Shown here piece by piece: positions 10,002-20,319 of a stretch of DNA of 64,000 bases. Source of the DNA: an uncultured Chloroflexia bacterium (GTDB lineage Bacteria > Chloroflexota > Dehalococcoidia > UBA2979); the NCBI GenBank assembly GCA_963728205.1, contig CAVSIV010000006.1, positions 320,001 to 384,000 on the forward strand, written 5' to 3'. Every line of letters starts with the position of its first letter. Position 1 is the stretch's first letter. The position numbers and the translations under genes were made by a program. The notes below the pieces were generated by a model, which worked only from the letters and a program-made list of their open reading frames with translations, ran no database searches and was not told where the DNA came from.

Positions 10002-11426
10002 TCACGGCCGCAGCCCCAGGAAGGCGTCCACGATCGGTGTCGTGAGCGAGGGCTGGTCGTCGGGGCCGCCGATGACCAGCAGGAGGTTCTCGTTGCGGTA
10101 GATGCGCGCACCGACGGTGCAGTCGACTGAACGGGAACGGTGGACGTCCGGCGCCCCCACCACCCCGTCCTGCCCCAGCACCCACTCTGACTCGAGATCG
10201 GCGATGGTCGGGTACACCCAGACCGTCACGTAGTGGAGCGAAGGCCCCTCTTCCGGCCACGGGCCGACGAGCTGCACCTCGGAAGCGCGCGACGTTCCGT
10301 ACGGGCACGCGGGCTGGAAGTACGGCGTGTAGTGGAAGCCGTCGGCCGCGAGCTGCTCGAGTAGCGGCGTCGCGCCCAGCGGCGCACCCGCCGGCGGCGG
10401 GACGATCGCGAACCCCGTCGTGTCCGATGGGAGCGGGTTCGACGACGGCCGCCCGAGCGTGAGAAAGGTGTCAACGAGCTCGGTCGTCCGCGGTTCGGCG
10501 TCGGGGACGAGCAATACGAGGTTCTGCTGGTGGTAGACGCGCGACGGCGCGCGGTCGCACACGAGCACGCGGTGCCGCGCGGCGAAGAGGTCGTCCACGA
10601 TCCACTCGCCCGCGGTCGCCGGCTCGTTCGGGTACACCCACAGGACAAAGTGCGCGTCGCCCGCGTACTCGATGCCCGGGCGGCCGTCGACCTGTTCACA
10701 TGCCGGGCTGCGTCCCGAGCGTCCGACCTGGATGCCGGACGCGGCAAGCGCGTCGATGTAGTCCGCCGCGGACCAGGGCGTCCCGGAGGAGCTCCACGCC
10801 GCGCCGGCAACGGGGACGTAGAGCGGCGGCTGCGGGATCCGGCGGCTCTCGCCGCTCGCATCGATCGAGGACACGACGAGGGCGACCTCCGACTGGCACA
10901 TCGTGCCGATCGGGAAGTCGTGGACCTGGAACGCGAGGTGGCCGGCCGCGTCGGCGGTCGCCCTCGCCAGTTCCGCGTAGTTGTCGACGGAGGACTGCAG
11001 GAACAGCACGGCGCCTTCACCGGGCAGGAACCCGTCCGCCGCGACGGTGGCGCCGGCGCGACAGACGAGCGGGTTGGGGCTGACCGAGAACGCGACCGGG
11101 GCGTGCGCCGCCGCGGTCGCGGTCGCAGTCGCCGTTGCGCCGACCTGCGCCGGTGTCGCGGTGCTCGCCGTCCCTCCGAGGGCGGGCGGTGGGATGGGGG
11201 TGACGGAGGCGGGCGCTGCCAGTGGGGTCGGTGCGGTGCGAGCGCCGGCAAGCGTGGCTGCGCCCGTGGGCGACGAAGTCCCCACGCGCTCCGGGGTGGT
11301 GCACGCGCCCGCGAACAGGGCGAGCGCCAGCGCCGCTGCGAGGCCCACGCGGAGCGCACTCGGGCGACGCCGGGCGTGCGCGGCATGCCATCCCGCCGGG
11401 GGCTGTGGTCGGGTGTCGAGGTCCAT
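10002..11426 (-). CDS. Lipoprotein with Ig-like segment and two tandem 'WVYP...EW...R(V/I)Y...NL' repeats
   Basis: GGAG RBS before ATG 11426; lipobox LFAGAC; internal duplication. Confidence 0.65.
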   Translation of the reverse strand: MDLDTRPQPPAGWHAAHARRRPSALRVGLAAALALALFAGACTTPERVGTSSPTGAATLAGARTAPTPLAAPASVTPIPPPALGGTASTATPAQVGATATATATAAAHAPVAFSVSPNPLVCRAGATVAADGFLPGEGAVLFLQSSVDNYAELARATADAAGHLAFQVHDFPIGTMCQSEVALVVSSIDASGESRRIPQPPLYVPVAGAAWSSSGTPWSAADYIDALAASGIQVGRSGRSPACEQVDGRPGIEYAGDAHFVLWVYPNEPATAGEWIVDDLFAARHRVLVCDRAPSRVYHQQNLVLLVPDAEPRTTELVDTFLTLGRPSSNPLPSDTTGFAIVPPPAGAPLGATPLLEQLAADGFHYTPYFQPACPYGTSRASEVQLVGPWPEEGPSLHYVTVWVYPTIADLESEWVLGQDGVVGAPDVHRSRSVDCTVGARIYRNENLLLVIGGPDDQPSLTTPIVDAFLGLRP

Positions 11427-11640
11427 CGCTCCGCCGAATTCGTGCTGTGCGCCGCCAGCCCAGCTCTGGTGAGAACGCGCTTGCGCGCTCGTAGGTTCCA
11501 CGCGCCCGCGAGGCGCTATCGCTCCAGGCGCGGCTCCTCCTGCAACGGATGCAGCGAGCGGACGCGACCCGGTTCCACGACGCGCGCCGCGAGGTGACGA
11601 TGTCACCGCGATGTAGCGGCTCGCGCTGCCCGCAAATCAT

Positions 11641-11660
11641 GTACGCCGCGGCGTACGTCA
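11641..11660 (-). promoter_or_regulatory. Operator-like motif TGACGTAY-N8-GTAC, copy 1
   Basis: Plus strand GTACGCCGCGGCGTACGTCA with a perfect 16-bp palindrome; lies within a leader shared with 47064-47150. Confidence 0.6.
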
Positions 11661-11697
11661 GGGTCGAGGGACGGGGCGCTGGTCGCGGGCGCGCGGC

Positions 11698-11960
11698 TCA
11701 CCGCAGGAACGTCCTGAAGCCGAGCGCGGCCACTCGACCCGGTGTCCAGCATGTCAGGATGAGAGCGGCCGTCCGTGCCGGCGTCGCCGCCGTCATGACC
11801 GCAGCGTGCGGGTTGTGGGCGAGGACTACCTCGTACCCCGCCCTCCCTGGGGTCAGGTAATCGCCGACGCCTGGCACGACGTCGGCGCGTGCCTTCGCTG
11901 CGCAGAAGGACAGGAATATGGACGTGCGCCCACATCGCACGTCCTGCCGCCGAGCCAGCC
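11698..11960 (-). pseudogene. Possible sortase-like remnant
   Basis: GDYL...YEVV...AALILTCWTPG resembles the sortase TLxTC region; fragmented. Confidence 0.25.
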
Positions 11961-12017
11961 AGGGTCGTCACCGGAGAGTTGGAATTTCGCTCGCCGAGGT
12001 TGCGAGCGTGCCGCCTT

Positions 12018-12617
12018 CTAACGAGCAGGGTCACCCGGTCTTTCCCGGGCCACCCGCGCCGTCGCTACAGCGACCAGCCACCAGTAGCCGGTGAGCAGAA
12101 CGAATCCGGCGGCGGCGAACAGGGCTCCCGCGTACCCCGTCCCCCAGCCGGAACGAACCGACGGATCGACGTGCACGAACACGGCCTGCAGGTGGAGGTA
12201 GATGGCAGCGACGATGACCCAGGCGACAGGGAGGCTCGCGAGCCGCCAGGCGGCCCGAGATGGCCATCCCGCGCGCGCATCGGCGACCGCCGGGTGACGC
12301 GCGAGCAGGGCCACGATGGCAAGCATGAGCGCGGCGGCGAACGCTCCGCCGGCGCCGGCGTATCGCGGGCTTCCGATCATGATCCGGTGCATGAGCGGCC
12401 AGAAGACCAACAGCGGCGCGACAAGGGTCAGCGCCCGCGCGCCCTTCCGGCGTGCCGCCCACTCCGCGGTTGCCAGGGACCATGCCAGGGCGACGAGCAG
12501 TGCGACGGCGACGGCGGGCAGGCCCCACGCGAGCAGGGCGCCGAGGCTCGCGACGGCAAAGACGGCGGGCGGGACGGTCCAGCGCTGCGGGAGTCGCCGG
12601 GCCAGCACGGGCTGCAT
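12018..12617 (-). CDS. Multi-pass membrane protein
   Basis: GAGGAGG RBS; about six hydrophobic helices. Confidence 0.6.
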   Translation of the reverse strand: MQPVLARRLPQRWTVPPAVFAVASLGALLAWGLPAVAVALLVALAWSLATAEWAARRKGARALTLVAPLLVFWPLMHRIMIGSPRYAGAGGAFAAALMLAIVALLARHPAVADARAGWPSRAAWRLASLPVAWVIVAAIYLHLQAVFVHVDPSVRSGWGTGYAGALFAAAGFVLLTGYWWLVAVATARVARERPGDPAR

Positions 12618-12861
12618 CGGAGGTTCCCTCCTCACGCGTGGTCGGCGCCCGTCCTCGACGACCGACGCGGCCGGCCTCGGCCATCTTATGGAACAGGCGC
12701 GGACGAGCGCTCCGCAGGTGCTCGTCCGACGCCTATCGGCCGCGCGAACGATTTCGGTCGCTCGGAATCTCACTCCTGCGGGTGACGCAGGTACGGCGGG
12801 GGATCCGTAGCGTGGGCCAGAGCGAGGTCGCCGCCCAGAGCGACGTCGCCGCGGAGAGGAT

Positions 12862-14127
12862 GTGGTCGTGGCCGTCCGTCGATTGCGCCTCATGCTGGTG
12901 GCTCTGGTCGCTCTGTCTGGGGCTGTCCTCGTTGCCCCTGCCCCGAGTAGCCGGGCATCGGCACGCATCGTGGATCTCGGGCCGGCCGCCCGCTATCCGG
13001 CGGGATCGGTCGCCTTGTTCAGCGTAGCGGAAGACGGTAGCGGGCTCGTAGAGGCCCCCGCACGTTCCCAGACGGCTGTGTGGAACGGGAAGCTTGACGG
13101 TTGCCCGCCCGATCCGGTCGTCGGGATCCCGTTCGCGCTTGTGCGCCTGACGGACGGCTCGTTGATCGCACTGTCCACGATCAGCACGCATGGCCGCGCG
13201 CTCGTGCCGTGGGTCTCGGACTACGAGCGGTTCGGACGTGCGGGATGGTTCGTGGAACCCTGCCTCCTGGACACGTACGACGTGGACGGCACCCGCGTAT
13301 ATGGGCCGGCCGCGCGGAACTTGGATCGCTACGCGGTGGAGGTGAGGGACGGGCGGGTGCTCGTCGATCTCGGCGCCATGACGCGCGGCGAAGCGATTCC
13401 GGGGCGCAGCCGGTACGGAGGCACCACGTATGGCCCTGTGGCGGAGTATCCAACGGCCACGCCTCAGGCAGCTGCAACGGCGTCGCCTGAGGCCGCGCTT
13501 CCGGACTCAGGGGCAACGAAGCCCGTCGACTACTGGTCGTTGACGCCCTCCGGACAGCAGGCGCTCCGCCGTGCGCACCCCGGCGCCTTCCTCGCGCGCC
13601 TGGCGGCCCAGCCTGGAATGGTGCTCCACGTGCGGGAGACCGTGACCGAGGCGACGCCAGGAGTACGCACTACCTACGACTCCTTCGCGCGCATCGACGG
13701 TGACCGCGTAGTGGCCGTGCTCGTGCGGAGACTCGACGCGGTCGGACGCGTCATCGACGAGCAGATCCAGGTCGCCCGGAACACTCGGCTGCCGGACGGA
13801 CACGTCATCACCACGCATCCGCTTCCCACGATCACGGGACTACTGCCTGCGATCGCGCCGGAGTTCGCAAGGACGATGTTTGCGATGCATGAGACCGGCT
13901 CGGCTGCTCAACCGGTGCGCACACTTTTTCTCGAGTCACCGCCAAGCGCCAAGTTTCGTCGTGAGCTGGATATCGACGCGTCGAGTCACGTCGTCGTTGG
14001 ATACCGCACCTTCAGAGTCGATCGCGGTCAGAGAGTCCTTCTCACCTCTCGGACCACGGAGTTTGAGTGGGTACCGGCGCGAAACGCCCCCGCGGAACTG
14101 CCCGCAACGCACTCCATGGGGGGCTAG
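12862..14127 (+). CDS. Secreted Rieske-fold protein lacking canonical Fe-S ligands, plus C-terminal domain
   Basis: DLGPAARYPAGSV ... ALSTISTHGR..VPW ... WFVEPCLLDTYDVDGTRVYGPAARNLDRYAV. Confidence 0.65.
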   Translation: MVVAVRRLRLMLVALVALSGAVLVAPAPSSRASARIVDLGPAARYPAGSVALFSVAEDGSGLVEAPARSQTAVWNGKLDGCPPDPVVGIPFALVRLTDGSLIALSTISTHGRALVPWVSDYERFGRAGWFVEPCLLDTYDVDGTRVYGPAARNLDRYAVEVRDGRVLVDLGAMTRGEAIPGRSRYGGTTYGPVAEYPTATPQAAATASPEAALPDSGATKPVDYWSLTPSGQQALRRAHPGAFLARLAAQPGMVLHVRETVTEATPGVRTTYDSFARIDGDRVVAVLVRRLDAVGRVIDEQIQVARNTRLPDGHVITTHPLPTITGLLPAIAPEFARTMFAMHETGSAAQPVRTLFLESPPSAKFRRELDIDASSHVVVGYRTFRVDRGQRVLLTSRTTEFEWVPARNAPAELPATHSMGG

Positions 14128-14313
14128 GGACGCGGGCGATGCGAACGCTCGGCATAGCGGGATGTGGTGGCCGGGAGTGCAGGGAGATCTCTACATCACG
14201 ACCGAGCAACAACTGGATGATCAGCGGCACGCGCGGCGGACGCTGCCACGTCTGTCGCGCGCCGTCGCGTGGTCGCCGTCGCGAAATGGCGATGCGGGCG
14301 GTGGGCTCGCGTG

Positions 14314-14826
14314 ATGACGATGTCTCTCCGGCGGGCGTCTGCCCTCGCACTCGCCGTGGGCGTTGCACTGGCCGCCGCGATCGCAACGGTCGTGCTCCTC
14401 GTCCCGCGCGCGCCGCAAGTCGTCGTCGTCCCAAGCGCCGGCGGCAACGGTCTCACGGTGCGGCTCTTCTACGTCGACGATGCGGGAAGCGTGATCGCAG
14501 GGGGCTGGCCGCCCGCGCCGAGCGACCGCCCCGCCCGATCGTTCTACCTCGTTGAGAATCACGGAGAGGTTCACGCGCTCGAGGCGGCGGATCCCTCCGG
14601 CACCCGATGCTTCGTGATCTGGAGAGCGGACCTGCAGGCGTCGGAGCGGTTCCCTGGCATCGCAGACGGAGATCGGAAGGGATGGTTCAAGGGGCCGTGC
14701 CAGGGTGAGCTGTACGACCTGGACGGCGCGTGCGTCGCTGGCGTGTGCCGCGCGGGCGATCTCAGAAGCTTCCCGGCCACGCGGTCCGGATCATCGATTC
14801 GGATCGAACTTCCTGCGCCCGGTTGA
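14314..14826 (+). CDS. Membrane-anchored Rieske-fold protein lacking Fe-S ligands
   Basis: FYLV..GEVHALEAADPSGTRC..W ... WFKGPCQGELYDLDG. Confidence 0.6.
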   Translation: MTMSLRRASALALAVGVALAAAIATVVLLVPRAPQVVVVPSAGGNGLTVRLFYVDDAGSVIAGGWPPAPSDRPARSFYLVENHGEVHALEAADPSGTRCFVIWRADLQASERFPGIADGDRKGWFKGPCQGELYDLDGACVAGVCRAGDLRSFPATRSGSSIRIELPAPG

Positions 14827-15120
14827 ACAGGGCGCGGGTCTTTTCTGCCGCACGCTGCATCATCTCCGCTCGTGCCACCAGATCCCGGTAGCGCCGGCGA
14901 CGAGCACGGCCAGGCCCACGCCACCGCCCCAGAATTCGGCCGCGACGAGCACCTTGCTCGATCCCCGCCGGCCGGTGTCCCGATGTGACGAGTGCACGAC
15001 CGCAGGTTCGGGTTGGGCTGACCGGGCGGAAAGCTGATAGCAGTCGATATGGCGTCGTCGGCTGTGTGGGTGCTCGGGCGTGACAACTCGGAGCTCCGCG
15101 TTGCCCGCTGAGCCGGGTGA

Positions 15121-15154
15121 AGTAATTCGCGTCCGTCGCCGGTAGGCTCGTCGT
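15121..15154 (+). promoter_or_regulatory. Leaderless promoter of LuxR-TM gene (GTAATTCG...TAGGCT-6nt-ATG)
   Basis: Same arrangement upstream of the paralog at 30249. Confidence 0.5.
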
Positions 15155-15728
15155 ATGCCTCCGCTCTTCCGCCGCAGCCGCGGCCGCCCACCGCATCCCG
15201 ACATCCTCACTCCGGCGGAGTGGCGGGTCGTCGAGGAGGTGCGCAAGGGGCGCACGAATCCCGAGATTGCCGACGCGCTCGACCTCAGCCCGAACACGGT
15301 GAAGACGCACGTCTCGAGTGCGCTCGCGAAGCTCGGCTTCGCGCATCGCGATCAGCTCGCGACGTGGGAGGGACGGCCCGCGGCCGCCGGGCGTGCGTCC
15401 TCGGCGGCGACGGCGTGGACGGCGCTCCTCGGGCACCGGCGGATTGGCCCGGTGGCCACGGCCGCCGCCGGCGTGCTCGTCGTCGTCGCGGTCGGGATCG
15501 CGGCGCGTGCGGCCGTCGGCTCCGCGCGTGGCGGCGCCGGCGCGGGTGCCGCACGCACGCCCTCGCCGGCGGCGGCGCTCGAGCCGGGTGTCGCGCGGCC
15601 ATGTAAAAGTCCGCGCTGGTGGCCAGCGAAAAGTCCGCACCCTTGAGGTCACGGTGATGCACGAAGCCCCCGGAGCGGGGAATGGTGTGGTTGCGACCCT
15701 GCCATCTCCCCGCTCCGAAGGGGCTCCA

Positions 15729-17189
15729 TTGAAGACCGCGAGGGAGCAGTTGGACATCATCAGCGCGTACGAGCAGCTGGGAAGCTACCGCGCAGTGGCG
15801 GCGCTGTGCGGGACGACCGACAAGACGGTGAAGCGGATCGTCGAGCGCGGGCGCCAGGGCGAGCTCGAGCATCGGGCACGCGGGCAGCGACGACCGCATA
15901 AGACGGACACGGCCAGAGCGCTCGTGGAACAGCGGGTGCGGGAGACCGACGGGCGCATCAGCGCGAAGCGACTGCTCGTGGCGGCGCGCGCCGCCGGCTA
16001 CACAGGGTCGGACCGCAGCTTCCGACGCCTGGTCGCCGAGGCGAAGACGGGCTGGCGGGGCAAGCGGCGGATCTACCGGCCGTGGTTTCCACCGCCCGGT
16101 CAGTACCTCGCCTTCGACTGGGGATCGGAGGGGCGCGTCCACCTCTTCTGCGCCGTGCTGGCGTGGAGCCGCTACCGCTTCGTGCGCATCGCCGCCGACG
16201 AGCGCCAGGCGACGACCCTGCGGCTGCTCGCGGAGTGCTTCGAGGAGTTGGGCGGCGTCCCGGAGCTGGCGCTCACCGATCGCATGGCCTGCCTGCGCGC
16301 CGGGATCGTCGCCAACGTCATGATCCCGCACGCGGAGTACGTCCGCTTCGCCGCGCGTTACGGCTTCCGCCCCGACTTCTGCGAGGCGGCGGACCCCGAG
16401 TCGAAGGGACGAGTCGAGCGGCTCGTCGGCTACGCGAAGAGCGACCTGCTCGTCCCGGCCGGCGGCTGGCCCGATCTCGCCGCGGCGAACCGTGCGGCGC
16501 GCGACTGGTGCGCCGAGGTCAACGCACGTCCGCACGCCGAGACGCGCGAAGCGCCGACGATCCGGCTGGCACGCGAGCGTGAGGCGCTCCGACCGCTGCC
16601 CGCGTCGCGGCCGCTGCTCGCGCGCGGCGAGCGGCGCAAGGTCGACAAGCTGGCGACGGTGCGCTTCGGCTCGGCCCGCTACTCAGTGCCGCACCTCTAC
16701 GCCGGCGGCTTTGTCGAGGTCACCGCCAGCGACGGCGAGGTAGTGATCCGGCGCGACGACGAGGAGATTGCCCGCCATCCCCTGGTCGCCCCCGGTGAGG
16801 CCTCAATCTGCGACGACCACTACGGCGGGCCCCGGTCCGGACCGCGGCGCGCGGTGCGACCGCGCTCGGAGTCCGAGCACCGCTTCCTCGCGCTGGGACC
16901 GGAGGCCGAGCACTTCCTGCGCTCCGCCGCAGCCGCCGGCACGTCCCGCCTGGCGTCGGAGCTCGCGTCCATCGTCGAGCTCGAGCCGGCGTGGGAGCGT
17001 GACGTGCTCGTCCGCGCCCTCGAGCGCGCGACCTCCTTCCGCCGCTTCCGGGCGGCGGACGTGCGCTCCATCCTCGAGGCCGGAGCCGGCGTCGCCCAGC
17101 TCGCCGAGCGCGGCGAGCAGCTCCACCTGGAGCACCTGCCCGCGGTCGCGACGCGCTCGCTCGCCGACTACGCGCTGGTGCGGTCGTGA
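15729..17189 (+). CDS. istA: IS21 transposase IstA
   Basis: N-terminal HTH; FDWG, DRM and DPESKGRVE DDE elements; YSVP. Confidence 0.9.
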   Translation: MKTAREQLDIISAYEQLGSYRAVAALCGTTDKTVKRIVERGRQGELEHRARGQRRPHKTDTARALVEQRVRETDGRISAKRLLVAARAAGYTGSDRSFRRLVAEAKTGWRGKRRIYRPWFPPPGQYLAFDWGSEGRVHLFCAVLAWSRYRFVRIAADERQATTLRLLAECFEELGGVPELALTDRMACLRAGIVANVMIPHAEYVRFAARYGFRPDFCEAADPESKGRVERLVGYAKSDLLVPAGGWPDLAAANRAARDWCAEVNARPHAETREAPTIRLAREREALRPLPASRPLLARGERRKVDKLATVRFGSARYSVPHLYAGGFVEVTASDGEVVIRRDDEEIARHPLVAPGEASICDDHYGGPRSGPRRAVRPRSESEHRFLALGPEAEHFLRSAAAAGTSRLASELASIVELEPAWERDVLVRALERATSFRRFRAADVRSILEAGAGVAQLAERGEQLHLEHLPAVATRSLADYALVRS

Positions 17190-17963
17190 GCCGCGCGGTC
17201 GCTCCGCTCGCCCCCGACCTCGAGTCCGGGCTGCGCCGGCTCAAGCTCGCGCGCATCCGCGCCGTCGCGCCCGAGGTGCTGCAGACCGCGAAGACCCAGC
17301 GCTGGACGCCAGAGGAGCTGCTGCGCACGCTCGTCGAGGCCGAGTGCGCTGCACGCGACGAGGCCAACCTGCGCACGCGCATGCGCACCGCCGGCTTCCC
17401 CGCGGAGAAGCGGCTCGATGACTTCCGGGTCGACGAGTCGAGCGTGCCCGGCGGCACCTTCGACTACCTCGCTTCGCTGGAGTGGCTGCGCGCCCGCGAG
17501 AACGTCTGCCTGGTCGGTCCCGCCGGCACCGGCAAGTCGCATTTGCTCATCGCGCTCGGGCGCGCCGCCGTCGAGACCGGACACCGCGTGCGCTACTTCG
17601 CCGCTGCGGACCTCGTCGAACAGCTCTACCGCGGCCTCGCCGACAACTCGGTGGCTCGGGTGATCGACGGGCTGCTGCGCGCCGACCTGGTCATCTGCGA
17701 CGAGCTCGGTTTCGCCCCGCTCGACGACGTCGGCACGCAGCTCCTCTTCCGCTTCGTCGCCGCGGCCTACGAGCGGCGCTCACTCGGCGTCGCGAGCCAC
17801 TGGCCCTTCGCATCAGTGGGGACGCTTCCTGCCCGAGCCCACCACCGCCGTCTCGCTGCTCGACCGCCTCCTGCATCACGCCGTCGTCGTCACCACCGAG
17901 GGCGACTCCTTCCGCATGAAAGAGGCGCGAGCGAGAGGAGGACCGACCGTGCGCAGACGCTGA
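17186..17963 (+). CDS. istB: IS21 helper ATPase IstB (frameshift ~17815)
   Basis: GPAGTGKS Walker A; ICDELG Walker B; LLDRLLHH...GDSFR in shifted frame. Confidence 0.88.
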
Positions 17964-19519
17964 TCAGGACCAGGGGTGCGGACTTTTGGTTGGCCACCAG
18001 TGCGGACTTCGGTTTGGCCATTGACAGCCGGGGGCGACCACTGGGATAGCGCCGCTTCAGCCCGGAGAGATCAACACCTTGTCCGCATCGCCGTATCCGT
18101 CGGTGTCCATGAGCGCCGTCAACCGCGCTTTCGATGCATCGTCAGTGGATGCAGAGGGCTCGGCACTGCTCTACGACCGCTCGACGGGTCGCGTCTACGC
18201 AATCCGCGGGGTATGGGCCGTCTGCTTCCTGCCATCCGACGGTCCGCAGCCCCTCGCGCTAGCACTGACCCGCTCCGCCAACGGGAACTCAGCTCCTCAG
18301 CGCGCCCTGCTTCTGCGCCTCGATCCCTTCGAAGCGCGCGTGCTCGACGTCCCGATCCGCCCGGCTGGTCCTTGCCTCGGCGACTCCGGTCGGGGCGAGC
18401 ACGATTGGCAAGATCCGCACGCGATTCCGGTCGAAGTCCGCGGCGACCCGATGACCACCGCCGGGAGGCTGCTCCCAACCGGACGCTATGCCTTCGATCC
18501 CGACACGCTGCGCCTCACCTTTCGACAGGTCGAGCCGCCGTTCAACGCGGGACCGCCGGATGGAACGGTGGTTCATCGCTGGCCCGGCGTGCCCGCTGGT
18601 CCCTCGCTGGAGCTTGTCCGCCGACAGGGCCAGACGGACCTGGTCGATACGAACTCCGGACGCACGGTGCTCGTCGGCGTCGATCGCTACGACATCTCCC
18701 CGGATGGGCGGTTACTCGCGACGTACGCGTCCGCGCGGCCCGACGGCCCCCAGCACAGCTTCATCGTCGCCCTCGCCTCCGGGGCCGCGACCCCGATTGC
18801 CGTCGACATCACCGCCGGATTCGCCTGGTCCCCGGACGGTCGCTGGCTCGCCGGTGTGCGGGACGCCGCAAACGGGGGCGTCGTCGCCGTCCGCGTCGGA
18901 CAGACGTCCGGCCCCTCGATCCAGGTCGGCCCTGTGCTGGGTCCGTACCTCGATCGGTTCGCCCTGGGCTGGACGGCGGCCGGCCGCCTGCTGGTGGGGC
19001 GCGGCGGTGGAACCACAAACGAGACAACGGTCGAGACGATCGACCCGGCGACCGGCCGACTCGACACGCTGACCAGTTTGCTCGGTCCCGCGGTCTTCGT
19101 TGAGTCACCCGACGGCAGCGTCGCAGCGACAGGGGAGCGGGGAGTGGTCGCCTTGTACTCGCTGTCCAACGGAAATCGCATGGTTCCGCAACCGCTCGAA
19201 GGCATGGGTTTGACAGGACGGTTCCTCTTCTCCTGGTCCCCCAGTGGGCGCTGGCTGGCCGCGTTCCTTGACAACGGGCAGTCGTGACGCATCCGCTCGC
19301 TCAATCGGTCTGCCTTTGTGGAGGCTCCTCCAGTGGATCTCTCTCGGGCAGGTGGGTGTTGGATCGGTCGTAGCGGCGGGCCGCGCCAAGGCGCGAGTGC
19401 CGGCGGTTCGCGTGCCGAGCTGCCGATCGCGTCAATAGGTGAAGCTGCGGGCGGCGTCGAGCGCGTCGACATCGCCCGGCGCGAGGCGAACGGCGAGCCT
19501 GTTGCGGTAAGCTCCGGCG

Positions 19520-20248
19520 ATGGCTCGCCGCCTGCGCCTCGGCATCGACTTCGACGGCGTCATTTCCGACACGATCGCCGCGATGATCGACTACGCGTCT
19601 GCCGTGCACGGGATCGACCTCGCGCCTCATGAGTGCCTGGTGCCGGCCGGCCCGGCGCGTCTCGGCGTTGAGGCGTACCAAGCGCTGATCGCGGACGCGC
19701 ACGGCACCGAATACGCACTCGGCATGCCCGCGATCCCAGGCGCGCTCGAGGCAATCGCAGATCATGGCGCGCGGCGCGACGCCGTGATCGTTACGGCCCG
19801 CGGCGGCTCGGCGTTCGACCACACATCGACGTGGCTCGCGCGCGCCGGCCTGCGTGACGTGCTGCAAGACGTCGTGTCGTCTCGCGGCGTGACGAAAGCG
19901 GAAGTGGCGACGCGCCTCGGCCTCGACGTTCTGCTCGACGACGTGCCCGCGAACCCGCAGGACCTGCCACGATCGGTGGTGCCGGCTTCGTGGTCGGCCG
20001 TCTACAACGATGCCCTGCCGGTCGGCCGCCGCTGCGCCGCGTCGAGGGATGGGATGCATTCGCGGCGTTGGTCGCGGACCTGGCGGCCGCTAGCGCGCCT
20101 ATCCAGACCGAGAGGCAGAGGCCGCCCTGACACCCGGGCGGTGCGTGGCCCCCGTTCCTGGAGTTCGGCCCGGCCCGCATCGGCATGCCGGGGACGTACA
20201 CACCATCACCGGCGGCCTGTTCCCGTTGCCTGCTCCGATAGGCGCTGA
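19520..20248 (+). CDS. HAD-superfamily 5'-nucleotidase (NT5C-like); C-terminus probably frameshifted
   Basis: GIDFDGVISD, IVTAR, K, LLDD motifs; TAAGCT 6 nt before ATG. Confidence 0.7.
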   Translation: MARRLRLGIDFDGVISDTIAAMIDYASAVHGIDLAPHECLVPAGPARLGVEAYQALIADAHGTEYALGMPAIPGALEAIADHGARRDAVIVTARGGSAFDHTSTWLARAGLRDVLQDVVSSRGVTKAEVATRLGLDVLLDDVPANPQDLPRSVVPASWSAVYNDALPVGRRCAASRDGMHSRRWSRTWRPLARLSRPRGRGRPDTRAVRGPRSWSSARPASACRGRTHHHRRPVPVACSDRR

Positions 20249-20319
20249 CATCCCAGGACGTCGCGATCGCCGAGTTCGGCGCACGTGAAACGGGCGCGAA
20301 TGCGCTCGGGATACTGAGT

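Larger units (their letters stand above)
15589..18026 (+). mobile_element. IS21-family insertion sequence, complete, 6-bp target duplication GCCGGG
   Basis: TG...CA ends; internal AAGTCCGC/GTGGCCA repeats at both ends; GCCGGG at 15583-15588 and 18027-18032; istA and istB. Confidence 0.92.
15155..19287 (+). pseudogene. N-terminal LuxR HTH - TM - extracellular WD40/TolB-like propeller gene, interrupted by IS21
   Basis: Removing 15589..18032 rejoins 15155..15588 in frame with 18033..19287 (~562 aa); LTPAEWRV...TVKTHVSSALAKLG; TM GVLVVVAVGIAA; ISPDG/WSPDG/WSPSG repeats. Confidence 0.8.

Noticed and set aside
12862-14826. Respiratory bc-complex Rieske subunits
   Set aside because: Fe-S ligands are missing and no cytochrome b/c genes are adjacent
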